NCBI GenBank assembly: GCA_021771815.1 | Contig: JAETOE010000015.1 | Coordinates: forward strand, 3,778-67,777 | DNA: 64,000 bases | Source: Roseburia hominis | GTDB lineage: Bacteria > Bacillota > Clostridia > Lachnospirales > Lachnospiraceae | Direction of reading: 5' to 3' | Shown: in pieces, positions 39,673-48,990 of the stretch | Layout: each line of letters starts with the position of its first letter | Position numbering within the stretch: position 1 is the first letter of the stretch | The notes under the pieces: generated by a model | The model's input: the letters and a program-made list of their open reading frames with translations, nothing else | Databases searched by the model: none | Told to the model about the DNA's origin: nothing | Translations under genes and position numbers: made by a program

Positions 39673-41964
39673 TTATATTGTCTTTCCCATCAGCCATTTG
39701 TCCGCCAGATGGTACAGCATACTGATGCCGAAGCACAGCACACCGCTTGCAAAGAGCCCCGCCGCCCGTAAAAGCAGGCTGTCAAAATGAATATCAAAAA
39801 GCAGCAGCTTCACAATACAGAGCATGATCACGGTAAGCCCGTAAATCCGAATTCCCTTAAGATTCTTCGAGAACAACCGCCCCGCTGCAAATCCGAACAC
39901 GACACACGCCGCTGCGAACGCAAGCCCCGCCAGACTGAGCAGAAATCCGGGCGCATTGTAAGATCTCAAGACCACCATAGCATAGAACAGCAGCTTGACT
40001 CCCGCATAAACACTGAGTGCCTCGCTTTTTTCTTTTATCACAAGCGAAACCGAGTTCGTGCAGACCAAAACCGTTCCGAGCAGGACTGCCCACAAATGGC
40101 AGACCGATCCTTCCACCAGAAAAATACATACACAGCAATAGAGTGCAAATAGAATCTGAACCACTCCCGTCGCGATCCGCACTCCCTGCTCTTCCTCTCC
40201 GCTGCAGGGATTTCTCCGCATCGCAGGCACCTTTGCCATAACAATATTCACCGCCGACAGCACAGAAAATATGAGCAGATTCTGCCTCCAGGTATCCCAC
40301 GGCGAATCAGCCAGCATACGGCAAAGAGCCTCCAACAACACAGTAAGAAACAGCAGATATCCTGTCACCTTCATCCATGTACGGTACTGATCGCGGAACA
40401 AACACAGCATAAAGACACCTCCGCCCACAAGCGCCAGACACCAGAAGAGCTGTGCAAAGCCATTCATTGATACAACCGCAAACAATATCACATATACGAA
40501 TCCCGCAATCTTATACATCACATTTTTGCGGTAAAATCCATAGAACAGACACACCGCCGCAAGCAGCGATACAGATACGTATTCTTTCAGCAAGCCGACA
40601 TCCATCCATGCGAGAAATATCTGGAAAAACAGCGCACACTGAAAAATTGTCTTTCCCGCATGCCCCTCTCCCGGCATTCGCAGTTCTAGTGCAGCAAGCG
40701 CCAGTGCCGCTATTACCGCCACAAAAAACATCACGGGCGCAAAATGATATGAGATAAGCGCATATGCCGCCCATGCATACAAGGTATTTAAGATTCCAAA
40801 CGCAACGCTCTTTCTCTCATCCGTCCGAAAAAATACGATACTGAGCACCACCAATGCGCCCAATGCCAGCAGCAGTACAACGGCTGACACGCCTCCGGGC
40901 AGAGTGTCCTTAAGATAAGGCTCGTTGACGCCACATGCCAACAGAATCAGGCACACACACCAGCCGATATGATTGGCAATGTTCCGATTGTACTCCCTGT
41001 GTAAATGCGAAATATAAAATACCATCTGCGTCACAAGAGCATAAATAATCAAAAACAGCAGTTTTCCGGCATCCCTGGTCTCCGTGCATAAATATACCCC
41101 AAGCAGCACTGACAGATTGACTCCAACCTGTCCGACGATAAGAAAACTATTCGAGCGCAGCCTGGACATCACGCACACTGCTATTGACCACACCAACAGC
41201 CCTATATAAAGCGTCACGTCCCCTATCGCCCTGAAATATGTATTACTTAGTATCAGCGACAGGTACAACGCTCCCATTCCACATCCTGTAAGTGCAATAA
41301 ATCCTTTATTCTTCCTGTCACGCAGCAAGAGCAGAGCTCCGGTCAGCGCGATGGCAATGCTGACCGCGTACATCAGTATCATCTTTACCGCAGTATTCAG
41401 ATATGGCAATACGATTGCCGCAAAAAGTATGAAGCTGATAAATATGAGAATCGATGCGCAAATTGGCAGAACCGCCTCGCCGAAAGTCTTCTCAAAATCT
41501 TTCTTCGGAACGTTCTGACGATGCAGCGCCTGCGGCGGTGTTGCCTGCCATTGCACCGCCTGTGCCTGCTGCATGGTCTGAAACTGCTGCACTTGCCGCG
41601 GCTGTTGCATCCACGGTGCAGTCTGGAACTGTTGCTGTCCTGCCTGCGGCGACAACTGTTGTCGCTGCACTTGCTTCCCCTGTTGCTGCTGCAACCAATT
41701 CCCCTGCAGCGGCATCTGTTCCTGTTGCAGCGGGGTTCTCTGTTGCTGCACCTGCCATCCCGCATTTTTCTGTGTCAGCTGCACAGCATCCCGCATGACC
41801 GCAAGCTGTCTTCCCAACAAATCAATTTCTCTCTGCATACCCTCTATTTTTATACGTGTGAGTTCATCCGCCGCCTTGCCTGTCTGAAATTCCATGAGCA
41901 ATTCATTTACCTGTTTCTGTTCATCAAGCAAACGGTTTTCACACTCGACCAGTCGATCTAACAT
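39673..41964 (-). CDS. large polytopic membrane protein (DUF2339-like) with N-terminal coiled coil and Gln-rich low-complexity segment
   Basis: About 20 predicted TM helices follow a coiled coil and a Q-rich stretch of about 90 aa. Start set at ATG 41964 (MLDRLVECE), which follows AAGGGG. The track ORF starts at TTG 42039. Confidence 0.6.
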   Translation of the reverse strand: MLDRLVECENRLLDEQKQVNELLMEFQTGKAADELTRIKIEGMQREIDLLGRQLAVMRDAVQLTQKNAGWQVQQQRTPLQQEQMPLQGNWLQQQQGKQVQRQQLSPQAGQQQFQTAPWMQQPRQVQQFQTMQQAQAVQWQATPPQALHRQNVPKKDFEKTFGEAVLPICASILIFISFILFAAIVLPYLNTAVKMILMYAVSIAIALTGALLLLRDRKNKGFIALTGCGMGALYLSLILSNTYFRAIGDVTLYIGLLVWSIAVCVMSRLRSNSFLIVGQVGVNLSVLLGVYLCTETRDAGKLLFLIIYALVTQMVFYISHLHREYNRNIANHIGWCVCLILLACGVNEPYLKDTLPGGVSAVVLLLALGALVVLSIVFFRTDERKSVAFGILNTLYAWAAYALISYHFAPVMFFVAVIAALALAALELRMPGEGHAGKTIFQCALFFQIFLAWMDVGLLKEYVSVSLLAAVCLFYGFYRKNVMYKIAGFVYVILFAVVSMNGFAQLFWCLALVGGGVFMLCLFRDQYRTWMKVTGYLLFLTVLLEALCRMLADSPWDTWRQNLLIFSVLSAVNIVMAKVPAMRRNPCSGEEEQGVRIATGVVQILFALYCCVCIFLVEGSVCHLWAVLLGTVLVCTNSVSLVIKEKSEALSVYAGVKLLFYAMVVLRSYNAPGFLLSLAGLAFAAACVVFGFAAGRLFSKNLKGIRIYGLTVIMLCIVKLLLFDIHFDSLLLRAAGLFASGVLCFGISMLYHLADKWLMGKTI

Positions 41965-42242
41965 AATTTTCCCCTTTTCCTCTCGTTTTCCAAAGTCCTT
42001 TTTTCTTGTGACTATTTCGTCCTGCTTCATACCTCTCAAAATAATGTATGCCTATTGTATCGTACCATTTGCCCAAATACAACTATGCTAATAATACTAT
42101 TTTGGGGAGCTTGCGGTTTCAAAAATGTTCTAATTCCTAAAATATATTGTGTAATTTCTTAATGTAGAGCCGGGGAACACTTTCAGCTTTTCCAAAAATT
42201 CATTGAGTTTTTATATCATTTCGCATATAATAATTATAGAAA

Positions 42243-42601
42243 ATGTTGCCGCTTATTGATGGCGCGGGGTATAAGTTATTCAATGCGATAAATGTTCTCG
42301 CTTACCGATGGTGCGAGTCAAAAATTAATCGGTTTGAACATCTTACGGAAGCAAATCACCAAAAATTTGCTTCTGTCTTTTCTCAAAAAAATTCGGTTTT
42401 GCCATGGTCATCAATCCAGAACTCATTGCGGCAAACGAGATTTCAAGAGTATTCCCATTCCCCTCTGCAATTCGCGTGGTCTCCTTCTCTAAGAGACATG
42501 TGGAACTTTTGCATCATATCTGGCGAAAACCCTTAGCAAGTCAGGCATACGCGTCACTATTATCAATGCTAGTTGGTTCAGACGGGGCTGAACTGTTATA
42601 A
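42243..42601 (+). pseudogene. decayed, internally deleted paralogue of trkA
   Basis: 42385-42510 matches trkA 45510-45640 (MVINPELIAANEISRVFPFPSAIRV against MIINPELIAANEISRVFQFPSAIRV). It then jumps to the trkA 45895-45950 equivalent (ATCTGGCGAAAA..GGCATACGCGTCAC.ATTATC). Confidence 0.75.
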
Positions 42602-42627
42602 CATTGTCAAATTCTATATCACTTTAT

Positions 42628-42663
42628 AAAATACGACCCAGACAAATTGTCTGGGTCGTATTT
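42628..42663. terminator. bidirectional terminator (16-bp palindromic stem)
   Basis: AATACGACCCAGACAA / TTGTCTGGGTCGTATT, flanked by A/T runs. Overlaps the toxin gene stop. Confidence 0.7.
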
Positions 42664-42935
42664 TATAATCCAAATAAATCAGAGTGTGTGCCGGTACGAT
42701 AAAGCAAAAGTTCATTTTCTTCTTGTTTATATATCAGCAACCAGTCCGATTCTATATGACATTCACGATAACCAATGTAATTACCGCTAAGTGCATGATC
42801 CCTATTTTGAACCGGAAGCGTATCAGGAATTCGCAAAATATCAATTGCTCGTTGTAGCAGATGCATTTTGTAATTGCGCTTTACACAGGTTTTGAAATCC
42901 TTTTTGAATCTCGTAGAGTATCTGATATCCAACAT
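42663..42935 (-). CDS. YafQ-family (RelE/ParE superfamily) type II toxin
   Basis: 90 aa. MLDIRYSTRFKKDFK..DHALSGNYIGYRECHIESDWLLIY..LLLYRTGTHSDLF is the YafQ pattern. Confidence 0.8.
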   Translation of the reverse strand: MLDIRYSTRFKKDFKTCVKRNYKMHLLQRAIDILRIPDTLPVQNRDHALSGNYIGYRECHIESDWLLIYKQEENELLLYRTGTHSDLFGL

Positions 42936-42937
42936 TC

Positions 42938-43147
42938 TCAGTCCTCCATTAATTCAGCAAACAAATCCCCTGTGCTACCGCTATACGAGATGCCTCCTCC
43001 GTTACTCAATTCAGCAAAGGCCTGTAATGTCTCGGCATTTGGTGTTTCATCCGGAACCGCTGCCCCCTGAAGATATGCAATTATATAAAATAGTTTGCTT
43101 TCCGGTATTTGATCAATAAGACTCTTGGCGAGTTCTCGATTACTCAT
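42938..43147 (-). CDS. putative cognate antitoxin (69 aa)
   Basis: Ends 2 nt before the toxin start. Acidic C-terminus. SD AGGAAGGA. Confidence 0.6.
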   Translation of the reverse strand: MSNRELAKSLIDQIPESKLFYIIAYLQGAAVPDETPNAETLQAFAELSNGGGISYSGSTGDLFAELMED

Positions 43148-43335
43148 AAAAACACATCCTTCCTGGACTAACTACCCTATCTTTTCCTTTTTGTGTCACT
43201 TTCATTATACATCAGACAGTATCTTTTGAAAACTGAATTTTTCCGTCTCTACGGTTTTCGCAAATTCAATTTTAAATATGAAAGGTGGCTCGCTAAATAA
43301 TATCGTGTTCGGTGAAACTCTCATTAGTCTTTACT

Positions 43336-43599
43336 TTATATTTTCTTAAAAACATCAGATAGACCGGATAATTCACTCCCCTTAAAGCCTTCTATTGTAG
43401 CATAATAATTGCCATTGCTCTTTTTTTCCAAGGTATAAATTGTATGCCACTTGTGATTGTTTGGATTTTCAATATCAGAGTCACCCAAAAAAATACGCTC
43501 TGATAAAATCTCCTTCGCGGCAATATTGCAATTCAGTCCACATAAAATAGCCCCCCTAATTTTATTTTTTATTTTCGCTGGGTCTTTGGAACTTCGCAA
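43336..43599 (-). other. 87-codon ORF of doubtful coding status (TTG start, overlaps the AMP-ligase remnant)
   Basis: No ATG or SD. May be a 3' gene remnant. Confidence 0.2.
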
Positions 43600-44172
43600 T
43601 AGATTTCATTGCTCTTACATCGCATTTGCCATTTGGTGTCAACGGAAATGCATCCCATACTTTATATCGAATTGTCTGATTCTCCCCCAGCACATCCTTG
43701 CATAGCTCGTCGAGTCTCAAATGCAGTTCGTCTTCTTCCAAGGCTATATGCAGTACCAGATTTACCAGCCATTCATCGTTTTCTTCCAGATAAACAACTT
43801 TACACTGCGCCACTGTCGCTTCTTCCTGTACCGCCGTCTCCACCTCAAAAAAGTATAGACTTTTACCAGATTTTGTTCTCATACTATCAGCTACTCGTCC
43901 TAACACATAGACCTCACCATTTTCATTTATATAACCAACATCTCCGGTTCTGCACCACGTATTTCCATCACGCTATTCCCCGCATTCAATACTCTTTTCA
44001 TTTTTTCAATGTTGGCTCTACGACTTTCTCGATCCATCCGATTCACGTAAATCATTCCATTCAGCTACAACGCCAAAAAAACCGGATTAATTGATTTTCT
44101 GACCTTCAAGCCCACATTGCTCGTGAAACTCTCTAGATCCGCATATTCGTATCTTTTTAGTCCTGTCTTAAA
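43562..44172 (-). pseudogene. AMP-dependent synthetase/ligase remnant (N-terminal 36 codons plus C-terminal domain, internal deletion and stop)
   Basis: WCRTGDVGYINENGEVYVLGRVADSMRTKSGKSLYFFEVE and ..PLTPNGKCDVRAMK are the A8-A10 motifs of adenylate-forming enzymes. A TAG lies just upstream of RDGNTW. ATG 44172 follows GGAGG, but only a short N-terminal piece remains. Confidence 0.7.
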
Positions 44173-44240
44173 CATCTTTACCTCCACACTTTTTCTATCC
44201 TCTTTTTAGTTCTATTTTTTTTCTTTTTCTAATATAAATT

Positions 44241-44283
44241 TAGTAAAGATATTTACTAAAGTCAATAGTAAATATTTTTACTA
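44241..44283. promoter_or_regulatory. two 18-bp palindromic operators TAGTAAA-N4-TTTACTA upstream of the XRE gene
   Basis: 44241-44258 TAGTAAAGATATTTACTA and 44266-44283 TAGTAAATATTTTTACTA. Centres are 25 bp apart. Confidence 0.6.
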
Positions 44284-44331
44284 TGGTAAACTAATAAAGT
44301 TTTAAATTGTTGTTCTCAATGGGCTTAAAAT

Positions 44332-44541
44332 ATGGATTATATTACAAGAATCAGAAACTTGAGAGAAGATTCCGATAAAACTCAACAGGAAATCGCCGAA
44401 TATCTTGGAACATCCCAGACCATGTATGCCAGATATGAACGTGGTGCCAACGAAATGCCTATCCGGCACTTAATAAAATTAGCTCGATACTATGATGTCA
44501 GCCTCGACTATTTGTGCGGTTTATCCGACAAGAGACATTGA
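44332..44541 (+). CDS. XRE-family helix-turn-helix transcriptional regulator
   Basis: 69 aa. KTQQEIAEYLGTSQTMYARYERG HTH_3 motif. Confidence 0.85.
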   Translation: MDYITRIRNLREDSDKTQQEIAEYLGTSQTMYARYERGANEMPIRHLIKLARYYDVSLDYLCGLSDKRH

Positions 44542-44691
44542 TCGTGCCCGTCGTTTTTCATACTATTCTTGTATTTCTGCTGGACTTCAATATATTTTCT
44601 ACTATGCCGACGCTATGTCTAAAAAAATCTATTTTCTCGCAATTCTGCGATATTTTCCTAAAAAGCAATCATAAGACGGAGGCATCTGCCT

Positions 44692-44931
44692 ATGGAACAA
44701 AATGAACAGGCCCTAAAACTTTCCGACGCCTATCTTGCTAAAACAGATTTCCCTATTGTTAGAATTAAACTAGTTTGCCGGAAACTGCAAAAAGGCAAGA
44801 CTTCTGAAGCAATCACTTCCGAATTAGAAGAAGATGCACTACTTATAGATAAGATTTGTACCGCCATAGAAAAAAGCGATCCCGAAGCGGCCCCGGAACA
44901 GATCTACAAAACTTTTTTAACAATGGAATAA
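44692..44931 (+). CDS. hypothetical small protein (79 aa)
   Basis: SD GGAGG lies 9 nt upstream. A terminator hairpin AGCCGGG../..CCCGGCT plus T-run follows at about 44946-44985. Confidence 0.5.
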   Translation: MEQNEQALKLSDAYLAKTDFPIVRIKLVCRKLQKGKTSEAITSELEEDALLIDKICTAIEKSDPEAAPEQIYKTFLTME

Positions 44932-45008
44932 TTATATCACTGCTTAGCCGGGCGCTATTTTTTTGCACCCGGCTATATTTTTTCACTTTTTCCCAAAAAT
45001 CAAATTAT

Positions 45009-45138
45009 ATATGGTATAATGTCGCCAGACATTATACGCACGCCGTCTGAAGGACAGCGTGAAGTGCGCATCGGTCGCCCACGGCGAATGCCATGGACGC
45101 TTGCGTCTATGGTATAATGTCGCCAGACATTATACGCG
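45009..45138 (+). repeat. two identical 31-bp direct repeats (45009-45039 and 45108-45138), each containing a 9-bp-arm palindrome overlapping a TGnTATAAT box, upstream of trkA
   Basis: TATGGTATAATGTCGCCAGACATTATACGC occurs twice, 99 bp apart. The palindrome is TATAATGTC-GCCA-GACATTATA (45015-45036 and 45114-45135). Confidence 0.8.
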
Positions 45139-45177
45139 CCGCCCACAAATTTTTATATTTTCACCAAGGAGATTATT

Positions 45178-46536
45178 ATGAACATTATTATCGTTGGCTG
45201 TGGCAAAGTAGGTTATACGCTTGTAGAGCAGCTTAGCAACGAAGATCACAATATCGTTGTAATTGATGAGAAACCGGAAAAGGTTCAAAATATTACCGAC
45301 CGGCTTGACGCCATGGGCATCGTCGGAAACGGTATTAACCACAAGACTCTATTGGAAGCAGGCATCGCAACGGCAGATCTGCTCATCGCCGTCACGGGCG
45401 ACGATGAAAAGAATCTGCTCTGCTGCGTTATTGCGAAAAAAACCGGGCACTGTCAGACAATCGCCCGCGTCCGCAACCCAATCTATATCGATGAGATTGC
45501 CTTTCTCAAAAAGGAATTCGGTCTTGCCATGATCATCAATCCGGAGCTCATTGCGGCAAACGAGATTTCAAGAGTGTTCCAGTTCCCCTCTGCGATTCGC
45601 GTGGACTCTTTCGCCAAGGGGCATGTGGAGCTTTTGCATTTTAAGGTCAGCGAAAATTCTCCGCTGATTCACCTAAAGTTGTTTAATCTGCATCAGTCTC
45701 TTCACAGCAATGTGTTGGTCTGCACGGTCATCCGTGGAAATGACGTTATCATCCCGAACGGTAATTTTGAATTCCATGCCGGCGACATCGTCGCCATCGC
45801 ATCGGAGCGCCATAACGCAATCGACTTTTTCCGCAAAATAGGCATTGTAAAGAACCGGGTCGGAAACGCGATTCTCGCAGGCGGAGGCAAGGTGGCGTTT
45901 TATCTGGCGAAAATCCTCATCAAGTCGGGCATACGCGTCACCATTATCGAGGTCGATCCCGCCCGCTGTGATGTCTTAAGCGAACTGCTCCCAAAGGCAA
46001 CCATCATCTGCGGAGACGCCACCGATCAGGATCTTCTTTCCGAGGAAGGACTGGAGCACGCCCAGGGCTTTGCAGCGCTGACAGGACTCGACGAGGAAAA
46101 CATTCTGCTTTCCTTGTACGCAAGCGATGTGTCAAATGCGAAGACTGTAACAAAAATCAACCGTAGCAGCTTTAATTCCGTCATCAACGAACTGAATCTT
46201 GGAAGTATCATTTATCCGCGCGTTATCACAGCAGATTACATTGTAAAATACGTGCGTTCTATGAACAATTCCATGAACAGCAACGTCGAGACGCTCTATA
46301 AGCTCGCGGGCGGAAAGGCCGAGGCCCTCGAATTTATCATCAAAGAAAATTCCGCTGTTTCCGGTATTCCGCTACAGGATCTTCATCTGCGCAAAAACAC
46401 TTTGATCTGCTGTATCTACCGCGGCGGAAAAGTAGTTCTGCCGGGTGGACAGGATATGATGCTTGCTGGGGATTCCGTACTCGTCGTACTATCCGGATAC
46501 CGCATTTCCGATATCAAAGAGATTCTGGAGGACTAA
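45178..46536 (+). CDS. trkA: Trk potassium uptake system NAD-binding protein TrkA
   Basis: Two tandem TrkA-N/TrkA-C units. IIIVGCGKVGYTL Rossmann motif. Confidence 0.92.
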   Translation: MNIIIVGCGKVGYTLVEQLSNEDHNIVVIDEKPEKVQNITDRLDAMGIVGNGINHKTLLEAGIATADLLIAVTGDDEKNLLCCVIAKKTGHCQTIARVRNPIYIDEIAFLKKEFGLAMIINPELIAANEISRVFQFPSAIRVDSFAKGHVELLHFKVSENSPLIHLKLFNLHQSLHSNVLVCTVIRGNDVIIPNGNFEFHAGDIVAIASERHNAIDFFRKIGIVKNRVGNAILAGGGKVAFYLAKILIKSGIRVTIIEVDPARCDVLSELLPKATIICGDATDQDLLSEEGLEHAQGFAALTGLDEENILLSLYASDVSNAKTVTKINRSSFNSVINELNLGSIIYPRVITADYIVKYVRSMNNSMNSNVETLYKLAGGKAEALEFIIKENSAVSGIPLQDLHLRKNTLICCIYRGGKVVLPGGQDMMLAGDSVLVVLSGYRISDIKEILED

Positions 46537-46542
46537 ACGGCA

Positions 46543-47982
46543 ATGAATTATTCAATGGTATTATATATCCTCGGTCATATACTGAAATTTGAAAGCGCGT
46601 TTCTGACGCTGCCTGCACTGGTCGGACTTCTCTACAGAGAGAAGGAGGGTATTCCTTTTCTGCTTGTGGCTGTGCTTTGTCTGGTGCTCGGCTTGTTTCT
46701 GACCCGCAAACGCCCGGCCTCCTCCACCTTGTATACAAGAGAAGGATTTGTCACAGTCGCACTAAGCTGGATTATCATGAGTATCTTCGGGGCAATTCCC
46801 TTCGTGCTCTCAGGCGATATTCCTTCCTACGTGGATGCTTTATTTGAGACGATCTCCGGTTTTACGACTACAGGTGCAAGCATCCTTACCGAGGTAGAAT
46901 CGCTCTCCCGGGCAAGTCTTTTCTGGCGCAGCTTTACGCACTGGATCGGCGGCATGGGCGTTTTCGTTTTCATTATGGCGATTCTCCCTTTAATGGGGGG
47001 ATCAACAATGAATCTGATGAAAGCAGAAAGCCCCGGTCCCTCCGTCAGCAAGCTTGTACCGCATGTCAAGGATACTGCTAAGATCCTCTATGGCATCTAC
47101 ATTGCCATAACGCTATCGGAGATTGTGTTGTTATGCGCTTTCGGAATGCCTCTTTTCGACGCGGTCACGACCAGTTTCGGCACGACAGGAACCGGTGGAT
47201 TCGGCATCAAAAATGACAGCATTGCCGGTTATTCGCCCGCCTTGCAGATTATTGTGACAATATTTATGATTTTAAGCGGCGTGAACTATACCTTTTATTT
47301 CTGTCTCCTGTCACGCCGGATCAAGGATGCCTTCCGCATCGAAGAAGTGCGCTGGTATTTTTTCATTATTCTGGCCTCTGCCGGAGTAATTGCTTACAAC
47401 ACCAGCCGGATGTACCCGACTGTATCCGAAACGCTGCGGCATGCATTTTTCCAGGTCGGCTCCATTATCACGACAACCGGATACGCTACCACAGATTTCA
47501 ACCTATGGCCGCCATTGTCCCAGACGATTCTGGTCATTCTGATGTTCATCGGCGCCTGCGCCGGAAGTACAGGCGGCGGTATGAAGGTTTCCCGACTGGT
47601 CATCTTTTTTAAGAGCCTGCGCAAGGAGCTTTCCCTGATCATCCATCCGCGTGAAATCCGCAAGATCCGCATGGACGGTCATGTAATAGAGCACGCGACA
47701 CTGCGCTCCGCCAACGTATTTCTTGTTATCTATTTTGTAACTTTGCTCAGTTCAACGCTGTTGATCAGCGTCGACGAATTTGATTTTACGACGAACTTTA
47801 CGGCGGTCGTCTCCGCATTAAACAACATTGGACCCGGTTTAAATCTTGTAGGACCGACGCAGAACTTTTCCATCTTCTCCGTCTTCTCCAAGTTCGTTCT
47901 GATGTTTGATATGCTGGCAGGGAGACTTGAGTTGTTTCCGCTTATGATTCTGCTCATGCCGTCGACCTGGCGTAAAAAGTAA
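46543..47982 (+). CDS. trkH: TrkH-family potassium uptake membrane protein
   Basis: 479 aa polytopic. GFTTTGAS-type selectivity loops. Confidence 0.92.
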   Translation: MNYSMVLYILGHILKFESAFLTLPALVGLLYREKEGIPFLLVAVLCLVLGLFLTRKRPASSTLYTREGFVTVALSWIIMSIFGAIPFVLSGDIPSYVDALFETISGFTTTGASILTEVESLSRASLFWRSFTHWIGGMGVFVFIMAILPLMGGSTMNLMKAESPGPSVSKLVPHVKDTAKILYGIYIAITLSEIVLLCAFGMPLFDAVTTSFGTTGTGGFGIKNDSIAGYSPALQIIVTIFMILSGVNYTFYFCLLSRRIKDAFRIEEVRWYFFIILASAGVIAYNTSRMYPTVSETLRHAFFQVGSIITTTGYATTDFNLWPPLSQTILVILMFIGACAGSTGGGMKVSRLVIFFKSLRKELSLIIHPREIRKIRMDGHVIEHATLRSANVFLVIYFVTLLSSTLLISVDEFDFTTNFTAVVSALNNIGPGLNLVGPTQNFSIFSVFSKFVLMFDMLAGRLELFPLMILLMPSTWRKK

Positions 47983-48003
47983 TACTCTGGTTAAGGAGAA
48001 CCT

Positions 48004-48879
48004 ATGAACACGAATCATCCTTTTGTCGGACACGCCCTCGCGCTCTTTTCCGTGTTTGCCTGGGGCACGACCTTTATTGCAACCAAGCTTCTTCTTGAAG
48101 TTTTCGAACCGGTAGATATCCTTTTCTACCGGTTTCTTATCGGATATGTGATGCTGTGGATCTTGTATCCGCATCCGCTGCATGTTTCCGGAAAGAGAGA
48201 AGAACTGCTATTTTTTGTGTCAGGCGCAAGCGGCGTCACCATCTATTTTCTCTGTGAAAATTTTGCGCTGACCTACACCTATGCCTCCAATGTCAGCATT
48301 CTTGTCGCTACCGCGCCGTTTCTCACGGGACTTTTATCACACTTTATCACCAAAGAAAAACTGCGCCGGGCATTTCTGGCCGGTTTTCTTCTATCTATGG
48401 CCGGTATCGTCCTGATTACCGCAAACGGTACGTTTGCCCTTAAGCTAAATCCTCTGGGCGACCTTCTTGCGCTCGGTGCTTCCCTCTGCTGGGCAGTATA
48501 TTCGCTTACTACCGTCATGGTACAAAAATCAGGCTATTCCTCTATCGCAGTGACAAGGCGTATCTTTTTCTATGGTCTTATTACCATGCTCCCTGCCATG
48601 CTCTTCTGCGGCTATGAATGGAAACCGGACGCATTGTTTCTGCCGTCCTCCATCGGGCTTTTGCTTTTTCTCGGTCTGATTGCCTCAGGTCTTTGCTATA
48701 TCACCTGGAATAAGGCACTCGACCTTTTAGGTGCGGTACATGCCAGCGTCTACATCTATCTGGTTCCGGTCGTCACGCTTGTTTTTTCCTTTTTCATTCT
48801 GGATGAACGGCTGACAACCATGTCCCTCGCCGGATGTGTTCTAATCCTCGCCGGTCTTTTCTTATCGGAACGCAAGTAG
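48004..48879 (+). CDS. DMT/EamA-family transporter
   Basis: 291 aa, 10 TM, two EamA halves. Confidence 0.8.
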   Translation: MNTNHPFVGHALALFSVFAWGTTFIATKLLLEVFEPVDILFYRFLIGYVMLWILYPHPLHVSGKREELLFFVSGASGVTIYFLCENFALTYTYASNVSILVATAPFLTGLLSHFITKEKLRRAFLAGFLLSMAGIVLITANGTFALKLNPLGDLLALGASLCWAVYSLTTVMVQKSGYSSIAVTRRIFFYGLITMLPAMLFCGYEWKPDALFLPSSIGLLLFLGLIASGLCYITWNKALDLLGAVHASVYIYLVPVVTLVFSFFILDERLTTMSLAGCVLILAGLFLSERK

Positions 48880-48990
48880 TATACTGTAGACAACGAGCAG
48901 TGCCACGGCAAATGTCCGCAACAAGGGCGCTTTACTCCCGGATAGTGCACTGCCTCGCGGGAATAAATCAACGACAGAAAGAGGATTCTT

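Noticed and set aside
41397-41961. Cluster of overlapping 88-146-aa ORFs on both strands
   Set aside because: They are artefacts of the CAG/CTG-rich Gln-tract DNA inside the large membrane-protein gene.
45009-45177. c-di-AMP (ydaO/yuaA) riboswitch upstream of trkA
   Set aside because: The region is too short, and it lacks the pseudo-symmetric GGGGA / CCGAA..ACCC core blocks that I remember for that class. The conserved pieces are DNA-palindrome-like repeats instead.
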